From IMG/VR virus record IMGVR_UViG_3300014913_000006: a stretch of 64,000 bases of DNA; one strand, 5' to 3'. The stretch is from a virus. Within the stretch, counting starts at the first letter, position 1, and the number at the start of each line of letters is the position of its first letter. Below the pieces are notes generated by a model, which saw only the letters and a program-made list of their open reading frames with translations, was not told the DNA's origin and did no database searches. Below are positions 27,820 to 36,334 of this stretch, piece by piece. A program made the position numbers and the translations under genes.

Positions 27820-28768
27820 GAAAATCGAACTTACATACGCCTGGAGTGAGTCCAGGGTCAAATGCCTTCGTGAATGTATGTGGAGATATTTCCTCACATA
27901 TTTTCAGGCCTGGGAGGGATGGCTTGCTAGTGCTCCACAGGAGAAGCAGAGAGCCTACACTCTCAAGAATATGACCAATATGCCAATGTGGGTTGGGTCT
28001 ATTGTTCACGATGTGATCGAAGATGTGATTACCACCGGTCGGAACACCGGACAGTGGTGCACACTAGAACAGGCACAACACGCTGGCGTTCAAGCTCTTC
28101 GCAAAGGTTGGAAACAATCGGTTGATAAGAGATGGCAAGGAAGCCCTAAGAAGAATATCAATCTCGCCGAACACTTCTACCAGGAAGAGATTGAAAAGGA
28201 CCGGCTAAGTTCATTCAAACAGAAGGTATTGGCATCCCTCAAGGCATTCTGTGACATGCCTTTGTTCAAAATTCTACAGGGCCTTGAAAAAGACGACTGG
28301 CTAACTCTCGAAGATTTCCAGAAATTCCGACTAAACACAGGGGAAGAGGTTACAGTAAAGATCGACTGCGGATTCCGATACAGGGGTAAGGTGTATCTAC
28401 TGGATTGGAAAACAGGTCGTGTTAGCGAAAGTGTGATCGATCAATTGGTCACCTATTCTATGTACGCTATGAAACAGGGGTGGGCAAAGAAGCCTGAAGA
28501 TATCGTAATCATCCCGGTGTACCTAGCGGCATACGCAGACCTGGGAGAACGGGCAACGCCCCATCTCAATGTTACCATGCAACATATGAAGCGGCAGGCT
28601 GGTATCATTCGTAGCGAGTACCCATTGCTAACAGAAGCATTTGAACACAAAGATGATCCATCCTACTTCAAACGGACAGACAATGAGCACGCCTGCGCAA
28701 GATGTTTCTTCAGGGATATGTGTGAGGGAGCAAAGACTGAGGTCGGAGAGGGGGAAACTCCGTTTTGA
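27788..28768 (+). CDS. PD-(D/E)XK nuclease
   Basis: WSESR...C; KIDC...LLDWKTG; CARCFFRDMC. Confidence 0.85.
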   Translation: MELARDFKVGKKIELTYAWSESRVKCLRECMWRYFLTYFQAWEGWLASAPQEKQRAYTLKNMTNMPMWVGSIVHDVIEDVITTGRNTGQWCTLEQAQHAGVQALRKGWKQSVDKRWQGSPKKNINLAEHFYQEEIEKDRLSSFKQKVLASLKAFCDMPLFKILQGLEKDDWLTLEDFQKFRLNTGEEVTVKIDCGFRYRGKVYLLDWKTGRVSESVIDQLVTYSMYAMKQGWAKKPEDIVIIPVYLAAYADLGERATPHLNVTMQHMKRQAGIIRSEYPLLTEAFEHKDDPSYFKRTDNEHACARCFFRDMCEGAKTEVGEGETPF

Positions 28769-29226
28769 TGGAAGCTACTTTGTATTTTGACGGAGGAATT
28801 CGTGAAGGCATCATGGCGTATGGATGGCTTCTCTGCAACTCGGACGACGAAAGTGAGGTGATCGCATCTGGTCATCGGACGTGCGGCACAGGCACATCCA
28901 ACATCGCCGAATATCGTGCGTTGATAGCTGGTCTGCAAGGGAGTCTCAAAACTGGAGTTGACATCATCCACATCATTGGAGATAGCCAGCTTGTTGTAAA
29001 GCAGGTGACCAAGGCCTTCAAGGTCAACAAACCAGAACTCAAGAGGCATCGTAATCGCGTACTCGAACTATTAGAACAGCTTGAGGATTTCACAATCAAG
29101 TGGGTGCCACGGAGAAAAAACAAACGAGCAGATGCTTTGGTGAACGAAGTATTCGAAAGGCGGAAAGGAAAATGTTCAAAGCAAAAACGAAAACGGCATC
29201 GCAAGGACTTGCGGCAGCGGTCTTAG
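28768..29226 (+). CDS. rnhA: Ribonuclease HI family protein
   Basis: YFDGG, SNIAEYRAL, GDSQLVV, WVPRRKNKRADALVN. Confidence 0.92.
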   Translation: MEATLYFDGGIREGIMAYGWLLCNSDDESEVIASGHRTCGTGTSNIAEYRALIAGLQGSLKTGVDIIHIIGDSQLVVKQVTKAFKVNKPELKRHRNRVLELLEQLEDFTIKWVPRRKNKRADALVNEVFERRKGKCSKQKRKRHRKDLRQRS

Positions 29227-29753
29227 CCCTACTCTTTTGTGTCGTGCCAGGGTGCGTAGCACCTGAAGCGGTCAAGACTGAGATTCAGGGTATACGTAAT
29301 GACATGGGGCAGCTTGAGAAGGTGGTCGAGCAGAAGGCCGATAATACCGTGGTTGCTGAGCAGGTAGACGAAATCAACAACAAGATCGAGCAGACGACAC
29401 AGCTTGCTGAGGAACTATCCGTCTGGCGAAAAAGCGTGCAAGCGGAAACTATCAACTACGGTGGTGCTGGCTGGGTGGTGGTCGGAACCGGTGTCATAGC
29501 TTTGATCTTCATCGGGGCTGGTTTCTTGCTGATCCGAGCGTTTATGAAACGAGGTAGCCTGTTGACTCTCTTGACGTGTGCTGTGCAGAAGGTTGGGAAA
29601 CGTTCACCGGAAGCTGTACAGGCAATCAAAGAGCAACTGAAGGCCGAAGTGTCTAACGGTGGTCCGTTTACCGAGCAGGACCGAAAGAATCTTGGTCACT
29701 TCGCCAAGAAAAGAGGAACTTTCGCGGAACAAAAGCCAGATTCGGAGGTATAA
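29172..29753 (+). CDS. Lipoprotein with coiled coil and a downstream TM helix
   Basis: LALLFCVVPG|C; coiled-coil segment; GWVVVGTGVIALIFIGAGFLLI. Confidence 0.65.
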   Translation: MFKAKTKTASQGLAAAVLALLFCVVPGCVAPEAVKTEIQGIRNDMGQLEKVVEQKADNTVVAEQVDEINNKIEQTTQLAEELSVWRKSVQAETINYGGAGWVVVGTGVIALIFIGAGFLLIRAFMKRGSLLTLLTCAVQKVGKRSPEAVQAIKEQLKAEVSNGGPFTEQDRKNLGHFAKKRGTFAEQKPDSEV

Positions 29754-29754
29754 T
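29724..29754 (+). promoter_or_regulatory. Phage promoter copy 4
   Basis: gcggaacaaaagccagattcggaggtataat. Confidence 0.78.
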
Positions 29755-29772
29755 AAGGTACGAGGAAATGGT

Positions 29773-29952
29773 ATGGTGGAATGCGAGTTGTTGGACGGCA
29801 AGAATATGGCGTGGAAACGCGGGGACGATGTTGCAATCCGAATCGATAGCCCCAAATACGGGGTCCAGACCGCATTTGCGCCATTTGCGGCGAAAGCTGT
29901 CCGAGACGCAGGCGGAACCCGAGAAGGTATCAAGGCTGCGGCTCAAATTTAA
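29773..29952 (+). CDS. Small hypothetical protein
   Basis: GAGG RBS downstream of promoter copy 4. Confidence 0.5.
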   Translation: MVECELLDGKNMAWKRGDDVAIRIDSPKYGVQTAFAPFAAKAVRDAGGTREGIKAAAQI

Positions 29953-29966
29953 GGAAGATACTTGGT

Positions 29967-30296
29967 ATGCCAACTTACGACTACAAATGCGAAGCGTGTG
30001 GTCATGAGCTTGAGGCGTTCCATGCTATGTCGGCTGAGCCGCTTGCGGAGTGCCCTGAGTGTCACGAACCTAAGCTGATCAAGCTGATTGGCATGGGTAG
30101 TGCTGTGATCGTCAGGGGCACCGAAAATCCATGCTATGGCGGCAGGGGTGGCACGACGAAGAAAACTCCCAAGAAACTAGACCGGCTTGGCGAAGGAAAG
30201 AACAAGGGTGAGATACCTCCCTGGAGAGATGGTCCCGTCAATAAAGACGTGCTGAAAGACCCGGTGAGGTATATTAAGGAAGGGAAGGTAGACTGA
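29967..30296 (+). CDS. FmdB-family zinc-ribbon protein
   Basis: MPTYDYKCEACGH...CPEC. Confidence 0.88.
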   Translation: MPTYDYKCEACGHELEAFHAMSAEPLAECPECHEPKLIKLIGMGSAVIVRGTENPCYGGRGGTTKKTPKKLDRLGEGKNKGEIPPWRDGPVNKDVLKDPVRYIKEGKVD

Positions 30297-30628
30297 TGGA
30301 CAAGCAGGAGTTACGTGCTAATCAGGTCAGTGCTGACGACAAGGAATTGAAGGGTCTGCAAAACAAGGGTGTCGTCGAACTTGAATGTGCCGATTGTGGC
30401 GAGAAATTGCTTTGCTTGCAGCTAGCGGGTGTCAGCGGGGATGTCAAGGCTCAAGTCCTTACGAGGGTGGCTGTCAAGTGCGGCATCTGCGAAGGCTTTT
30501 CTTATGTCAAGCAGGTACCTGGGACGTTCTACCCTGGTGCCCCGAGCGACCAGATGGCGTTCGATGTTGCCGACGACACCATAGGCGCTCCAGAGGCAGA
30601 CGTGCTGTTTAAGGCGTGGCGAAAATGA
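30296..30628 (+). CDS. Zinc-ribbon hypothetical protein
   Basis: CADC...CGIC. Confidence 0.65.
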   Translation: MDKQELRANQVSADDKELKGLQNKGVVELECADCGEKLLCLQLAGVSGDVKAQVLTRVAVKCGICEGFSYVKQVPGTFYPGAPSDQMAFDVADDTIGAPEADVLFKAWRK

Positions 30629-30936
30629 AAGTGATTGCTGTTGACATCAACGGTACACCCCACGAAGTCGAAAAGGGTGCGCAGCCAAGTTTCGACGTTT
30701 TAGCCCGATGGTCTGGAGAGAGATATCTGGTACTTGCTTCTAATGAGGGCGACCTATTCGATCCGTTGGATGCGAACAACAGCATACATAAGCGAGACAG
30801 AGAACGTGGTGGATTGTTTTGGAAGCTGAGAACGTGTAGCCAAGAGTGTTATCAGCAGTACACTACTTTCCTTCGCAGCAAGAATAGAACACCGTATCTC
30901 TTGGCACAACGGAGATTCCGCAATGACGTTCGATGA
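30625..30936 (+). CDS. Hypothetical protein
   Basis: ATGA overlap with the previous gene. Confidence 0.6.
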   Translation: MKVIAVDINGTPHEVEKGAQPSFDVLARWSGERYLVLASNEGDLFDPLDANNSIHKRDRERGGLFWKLRTCSQECYQQYTTFLRSKNRTPYLLAQRRFRNDVR

Positions 30937-31276
30937 GTTCAAGGCAGACTTTTTGGCATTTCTAGAAGGCTCTACTGTGAATCTGGGTCGCAAAGGGACA
31001 AAGACCCGGCAAGCATTCATTGAAACTGCAACAGCAAAGCTCGACGCTTTTGTGGCAAAGGATACGGTGTTCGAGGCTGTTGAGGAAGACACGCTCCCTG
31101 TCAATCCGATGGGCGGAAGCGTCATGTGTATCAAGCCGGGTGATCGCAACAAGGCGTTGGACGCGGGGAAGGGTGTCCATGCTATGACTCCGAGCGAATC
31201 GATGCGGGCCGATGAACAGTTGGATCGTTCTCCATTCGGAGCCAAGTCTGGGGAAAAGGGAACGAGTGATGAGTAA
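30923..31276 (+). CDS. Hypothetical protein
   Basis: GGAG RBS; operonic position. Confidence 0.6.
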   Translation: MTFDEFKADFLAFLEGSTVNLGRKGTKTRQAFIETATAKLDAFVAKDTVFEAVEEDTLPVNPMGGSVMCIKPGDRNKALDAGKGVHAMTPSESMRADEQLDRSPFGAKSGEKGTSDE

Positions 31277-31697
31277 CACAGTCAATGACAATTTAGTGTC
31301 ATTTGTGGTTGTGCCCTATACGCCGAAGATACGATTCCTAGCGTCGTTGTCTGATGGTCGCACGGTCATTCAGGATAACCGACCAAACCAAAGACATGCT
31401 TGGGCTCGACTCGCTCAATGGTTGAAAGAGAATCCTGACGTTTCTATCACAGGAGTCCGACTACAGGCTCCGAATAGAATCGATGTCAAAATGCCCCCCG
31501 GCCAGAAGGGGTATTTCTTCGGACAGAAACAGCACGCTGTTTGGGGTGGTTCTCAATACAACTATCTTGGCATAGGCTATTACGACGGGAAGATGGTCAA
31601 TGTGGCTTGGTACCGACAGGCAAAGTTTGATCATTCGTTTACAGAAGAAAGAACACTCGAAAGCGCTGGCTTCTTTGTGATACAGACTACTCAATGA
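31269..31697 (+). CDS. Hypothetical protein
   Basis: Operonic ORF. Confidence 0.65.
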   Translation: MSNTVNDNLVSFVVVPYTPKIRFLASLSDGRTVIQDNRPNQRHAWARLAQWLKENPDVSITGVRLQAPNRIDVKMPPGQKGYFFGQKQHAVWGGSQYNYLGIGYYDGKMVNVAWYRQAKFDHSFTEERTLESAGFFVIQTTQ

Positions 31698-32164
31698 CAG
31701 CAAGGCGTCAACCACAAAGCGAAAAGCATCCGTATGCATCCCCGACAACTCCGGGGTTGTATGTGGCATTCCGCGACTACATCATCGAGCTAGTGTGTCT
31801 CAACACCAATCCCAAGATCGGTCCACGGTTTTGGTCTGATCAAAGCTACTGGTCACCGAAATACAGGAGAGAGGTGCGAGGGGTCGCGAATCTCGGCGCA
31901 GAACTCGATCTCACCGACACCCTGACACAAACGGCATTGGTCCAGATCATCAAGGAATATCGCATCAAAGCGCTTGTCGCAAAGAAAACCAAAGAGAGGG
32001 TGGTGCGATTCACTCGGCGAAGAAGACAGCACCTAGTAGAACAACGGGCGTCGTTGGCCACAACACAACCGGTAGCACCCATCGACACAAAGAAGAACTC
32101 CACGTTCGTAGACACTGGTGAAAAGAACACTTTGGCAAAGATAAGGGAAGCAGAGAATGGCTAA
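31694..32164 (+). CDS. Hypothetical protein
   Basis: ATGA overlap; directly precedes recA. Confidence 0.65.
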   Translation: MTARRQPQSEKHPYASPTTPGLYVAFRDYIIELVCLNTNPKIGPRFWSDQSYWSPKYRREVRGVANLGAELDLTDTLTQTALVQIIKEYRIKALVAKKTKERVVRFTRRRRQHLVEQRASLATTQPVAPIDTKKNSTFVDTGEKNTLAKIREAENG

Positions 32165-34430
32165 GAGAAAACCCAAGATCGCAGACGAGTCACTCGATGC
32201 CTTTCTAACGAGGATGCATGGTAAAGGCATTATTGCCACAGCAGCAGAAGCCCTACCTCCAAGAACAAGAGACATACTACCCACACCATTGTCTCTGGAC
32301 ATTGCCCTGAGTGGCGGCATCCCCGATGGTACAATTTGTCTGATTACCGGAAAACCAAAGAGTGGAAAGTGCGTTGACTCCAAGACTACTTTTGCAGTAA
32401 CAAATCACGGACTATTGAATCTCGAAGAATTGAAAACGTTATCAAAAATTATGGTTGTTTCTAGTACGGGCGAAGTCCAAAGAGTATCATCTTGGTATGA
32501 TAATGGAATAGATGATGTTGTTAAAATCAATACAAAATTTGGATCGGCCATTAGTGTCACACATAACCACCCGTTGATGATACTAGATAATGATGGTATT
32601 CAGAGATGGAAAAACGGACAAGATATTAAAATAGGAGACATTCTGCTGTGTCGCAGGGGAGACAATGTATGGGGAAATAGGTCAATTGATAACGGAGACG
32701 CTTATGTCTATGGTCTTTTGATAGGCGATGGTCATATAACTTCCAGCAGAATACAGTTGTCAACCAAAGATTCTGTTTGCTATAAAGCTTTTGTCGATTT
32801 TGTGACTAGAAGGGGTGGTAAAGTCTTAACATATGCAGGTAAGGACCACCATTTCAACTCTACAAAACACGGGACGATACTATTAAGAGAAGGATTTTAC
32901 ATAAAGAAATACAAACAAGTACCAACATTTATTCGTACATGCAATATTAACAACATATGCAATATGTTGTCTGGGTATTTTGATGCTGATGGAACAGTTG
33001 AGAAAAGCAGAGTAAACGCTACAACAAATTCTGAGACCCTTGCAATACAAATAAAGACTATTTTGATGAATTTAGGAATATTGTCGAATATTAGAATACG
33101 ACACATTATTCCTCCAGGACAGATAGAGAGTCGTAAGTATTGGGAAATAAGTATACAAAATATTGAATCAATCAAAATGTTCAAAGACTGTATTGATTTT
33201 CGTATCCCAAGGAAAAGAAAAGCGTTGGAGTCACTTTGTAACAGAAAATCATCTACTAAATGTGACACGGTTCCACACCTGAACAAGCCAATAACCGCTT
33301 TACAAACAGCAGTTGTCGCGGATCGCGGATATTTTCTTCCAAAAACAATGAACAACTTGAGAACAACTATCAATAGATGGAAACGGGGGGATCGCAAAGC
33401 CCGTAGAGATATGGTCCGAAAGATGCTTGACCAATTTTTTGATTATAGACATACAAAAGAATATCAAGCGATTGAATTATTGATCGATCCACATTTGTTT
33501 TTTGACCAAGTTACGTCATTAGACATTGATACTGTACACACAGCAGATTTAAGTGTACCTATTGGCAAATCATTTTTAGCAAACGGGATAGTGAATCACA
33601 ATACAACACTGTGTCTTGAGTTGCTCAGGAACGCTCAGATATTGGATCGCCCAGCATTCTACATCAACATTGAGAAGAGATGTACTCCAGCACTCTTGTC
33701 TACTATCCAGGGGTTAGACCCAAAGAAGCTTCAGGTTGTGCCGCACCAGATAGACAAACCATTGACAGCCGAAGACTATCTCAACATCATCGAACGTATT
33801 GCGAAGACTCAAGAGAAGGCTGTTGTCGTTGTCGATAGTATAGCAGCGCTCTCGACCATGACGGAGCAGGAAGAGCAAATCGGTTCCAACAAAGACATGG
33901 CCGGACCAGCCAAGCTGCTGTCGGCATTCTTCCGACGTGCTCAGCAAATCGTTGATTCCAAGAATGTGATCCTGATTTTCATATCACAAATGATGAGCAA
34001 TAGAGAGCCCCGTGGCCCCAAATATGTGGAAAAAGGTGGCGTAGCGGTTCAGTATGCTTGTTCAGTGTGGCTCAAAGTAACCTGGACTCAGCAGTGGGAA
34101 AGGAATGCAGAAACCAATGCCCCAGACGGCCACGACATGCACATCACAGTACAATCATCTGCTATGGGACGACCACTATTGCCATGTGTTCTGCCACTCC
34201 GGTATGGTATCGGGATCGATGTTGTCAAGGATATCGTAACCACAGCCGAGAATCTTGGGTTGATTGAAAAAGCGGGTGCGTGGTACTCGATACCGATGTT
34301 CGCTGGTGACGGCGACCCGCCGAAGTTTCAAGGGCTTGCACGACTGTCGAACTTTCTCAAAGAAAACCCCGACAAACTGAAACAACTGGAGACTGAAGTG
34401 AGGGATGTTGTGCTCCCAACAGGAGAATAA
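32157..34430 (+). CDS. recA: RecA/UvsX-like recombinase with intein
   Basis: SLDIALSGGIP...GKPKSGK|TT, VVVDSIAAL, IFISQ, IEKAGAWY. Confidence 0.9.
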   Translation: MAKRKPKIADESLDAFLTRMHGKGIIATAAEALPPRTRDILPTPLSLDIALSGGIPDGTICLITGKPKSGKCVDSKTTFAVTNHGLLNLEELKTLSKIMVVSSTGEVQRVSSWYDNGIDDVVKINTKFGSAISVTHNHPLMILDNDGIQRWKNGQDIKIGDILLCRRGDNVWGNRSIDNGDAYVYGLLIGDGHITSSRIQLSTKDSVCYKAFVDFVTRRGGKVLTYAGKDHHFNSTKHGTILLREGFYIKKYKQVPTFIRTCNINNICNMLSGYFDADGTVEKSRVNATTNSETLAIQIKTILMNLGILSNIRIRHIIPPGQIESRKYWEISIQNIESIKMFKDCIDFRIPRKRKALESLCNRKSSTKCDTVPHLNKPITALQTAVVADRGYFLPKTMNNLRTTINRWKRGDRKARRDMVRKMLDQFFDYRHTKEYQAIELLIDPHLFFDQVTSLDIDTVHTADLSVPIGKSFLANGIVNHNTTLCLELLRNAQILDRPAFYINIEKRCTPALLSTIQGLDPKKLQVVPHQIDKPLTAEDYLNIIERIAKTQEKAVVVVDSIAALSTMTEQEEQIGSNKDMAGPAKLLSAFFRRAQQIVDSKNVILIFISQMMSNREPRGPKYVEKGGVAVQYACSVWLKVTWTQQWERNAETNAPDGHDMHITVQSSAMGRPLLPCVLPLRYGIGIDVVKDIVTTAENLGLIEKAGAWYSIPMFAGDGDPPKFQGLARLSNFLKENPDKLKQLETEVRDVVLPTGE
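32370..33602 (+). mobile_element. Intein in the RecA Walker A
   Basis: GK|CVDSK...GYFDADG...VNHN|T; 411 aa. Confidence 0.92.
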
Positions 34431-34431
34431 A

Positions 34432-34986
34432 ATGAGTAGCATCACAAAAGGATTAGAGTGGCTTCCACGTCCGTTGGTTTTGACAACCAGCGAGACAGCT
34501 AGGGACATACTCCAAGATGTATACCAATACGCGAACGAAGTCAGTCCAGACCCAAACACAAAGAACGGTGCAGTCTTGGTTGGCCCAGACGGGAATGTCC
34601 TGACATATGGCGTCAACAAGTTCCCGACCGGCGTTGCCGCAACCGAAAGTCGCCTGACAGACAAAGAGACCAAGTATCGCTTGGTGGTTCACGCAGAGAA
34701 TGGCGCTGTGTTCAACGCAGCCAAGCATGGAAAGATGGCACAAGGTGCAACCTTATATTGTCCATTCTATGCATGTTCTGAATGTGCCAAGGCGATTATT
34801 CAGGGAGGTATCATTCGGGTTGTGGGTCATGCACAACTAATGGCGTTGGCATCTGAGCACACCACTTGGGTCAAATCGATTACCGATGCATGGGACGTAT
34901 TGCACGAAGCTGGAGTGCAATGTGAGTTATACGATGGCGTTGTTGGTGTTACTACCAGATTCAACGGCCAAGATATTCCGGTGTAA
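34432..34986 (+). CDS. dCMP deaminase
   Basis: SPDPNTKNGA, VHAENGA, ACSECAK. Confidence 0.92.
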   Translation: MSSITKGLEWLPRPLVLTTSETARDILQDVYQYANEVSPDPNTKNGAVLVGPDGNVLTYGVNKFPTGVAATESRLTDKETKYRLVVHAENGAVFNAAKHGKMAQGATLYCPFYACSECAKAIIQGGIIRVVGHAQLMALASEHTTWVKSITDAWDVLHEAGVQCELYDGVVGVTTRFNGQDIPV

Positions 34987-34987
34987 C

Positions 34988-35347
34988 ATGGAAGTGCGAC
35001 TACTCAGTGGTGGTACCGCAAGGTTACGTCTCAGCAATAAGCGGCTTCGAACCAAAGGGAAATCGAAGTCGCAATTTCAGTATGATGTAGGACAACAGTT
35101 ATCACAGGAGTATCCTCACGATGTGATCTTTGAGGAAGTATCTATACCGAGAGATGGGTTCATCCTGGACTTCTTTATCCCGTCCCTTGACTTGGTGGTC
35201 GAATGCCATGGTAGACAACATACAGAACATGTCAAGCATTTCCACAAGACAAAGCAGGATTTCCACAACCAGCAAGATGTAGACCAAAAGAAGCGAGACT
35301 GGTGCGAACTCAATGGATTCCGCTTGATAGAGGTTTATGATGAGTAG
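34988..35347 (+). CDS. DUF559/Vsr-like endonuclease
   Basis: LDFFIP...VECHGRQH...DQKKRDWCELNG. Confidence 0.75.
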   Translation: MEVRLLSGGTARLRLSNKRLRTKGKSKSQFQYDVGQQLSQEYPHDVIFEEVSIPRDGFILDFFIPSLDLVVECHGRQHTEHVKHFHKTKQDFHNQQDVDQKKRDWCELNGFRLIEVYDE

Positions 35348-35756
35348 TCTCGGAGACGAAACGGCAGTTTACAAGGATCAACTTGATCGATGGATCGAGA
35401 CCTTGGGATTGCCGCAGCATCAGCCAGCGAATAACGAAGTCGAGACTATCTTGGGATTCACCAGAGATACCATGAGAGAGCGGTCGTCTGTGCAGTTGTC
35501 TGAAGACGCTATTATCCTGGCTCAGTATGCACTCTTCATGCAACAGAAAGCCAACGAATGTCAGACATTCATCAAGTGGTCTAATCAGGTGATGAATCGT
35601 CTACTTGGGGATGATCGTCCCAGGCTGAACCAGTGGGTGCGGCAAGCAGAATTGAGACTTGAGCGGATACAGTATCTTGCTCGTCGGATTGAACTTGTGG
35701 GGCAAAGCATCAGTGGTCTAGTGAGATCGCGGTATAACGAAGGGAGCAATCGATGA
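35337..35756 (+). CDS. Helical protein, possibly a UvsY-like mediator
   Basis: All-helical 139 aa protein between recA and dnaB; function inferred from position only. Confidence 0.45.
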   Translation: MMSSLGDETAVYKDQLDRWIETLGLPQHQPANNEVETILGFTRDTMRERSSVQLSEDAIILAQYALFMQQKANECQTFIKWSNQVMNRLLGDDRPRLNQWVRQAELRLERIQYLARRIELVGQSISGLVRSRYNEGSNR

Positions 35757-36334
35757 GTCCAATAGAGTATATTGCGGAAGGCATACGACAAGGGAACTGG
35801 GAAACTGTTTGTGAAGGATATGAACGGCTCACTGGCAAAGCCTTGCCACTTCCGACCACAATGGCTACAACAGACGGCGCTGGAGATGCACTCCGACAGA
35901 TTGCAGATATTGCATCTTCTGTTTTAGATGGACCGACAGCAGAGATTTGTGACACGGCCAAAAAACCAGTGAAGAAAAAGCCCGGTCGCCCGAAGGGGGG
36001 TGGGAAAAAGAAAAAGAAGAAGAAAGCCACGGTAAACAAAAACGGTGAGGATTCTTCCATCCAGATAGATGAAGACAAAAGGACCATCGTACAAAAGGAA
36101 ACTGGTGGCACCCAGTTAATCACCAACGACGCAGACCCAGAAGAGGTGGAACGCAACAAGGCTAAGGCAGCAAAAGCAAACAAGAACAAGGTGAAGCTAA
36201 ATCGCCAAGCTGCCAGAAAGTACAAAGTCAAGTGCAACGAATGCGGAGAGACATTCGAGTCTGATCGCAAGGGCGGTGAGATGGGTCAAAAGTGTCCGGG
36301 TTGTCTCAAGGAAAAGAAGAGTAGGTTCGCTTAA
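35753..36334 (+). CDS. Lys-rich protein with C-terminal zinc ribbon
   Basis: KKKPGRPKG (AT-hook-like); CNEC...CPGC. Confidence 0.65.
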   Translation: MSPIEYIAEGIRQGNWETVCEGYERLTGKALPLPTTMATTDGAGDALRQIADIASSVLDGPTAEICDTAKKPVKKKPGRPKGGGKKKKKKKATVNKNGEDSSIQIDEDKRTIVQKETGGTQLITNDADPEEVERNKAKAAKANKNKVKLNRQAARKYKVKCNECGETFESDRKGGEMGQKCPGCLKEKKSRFA

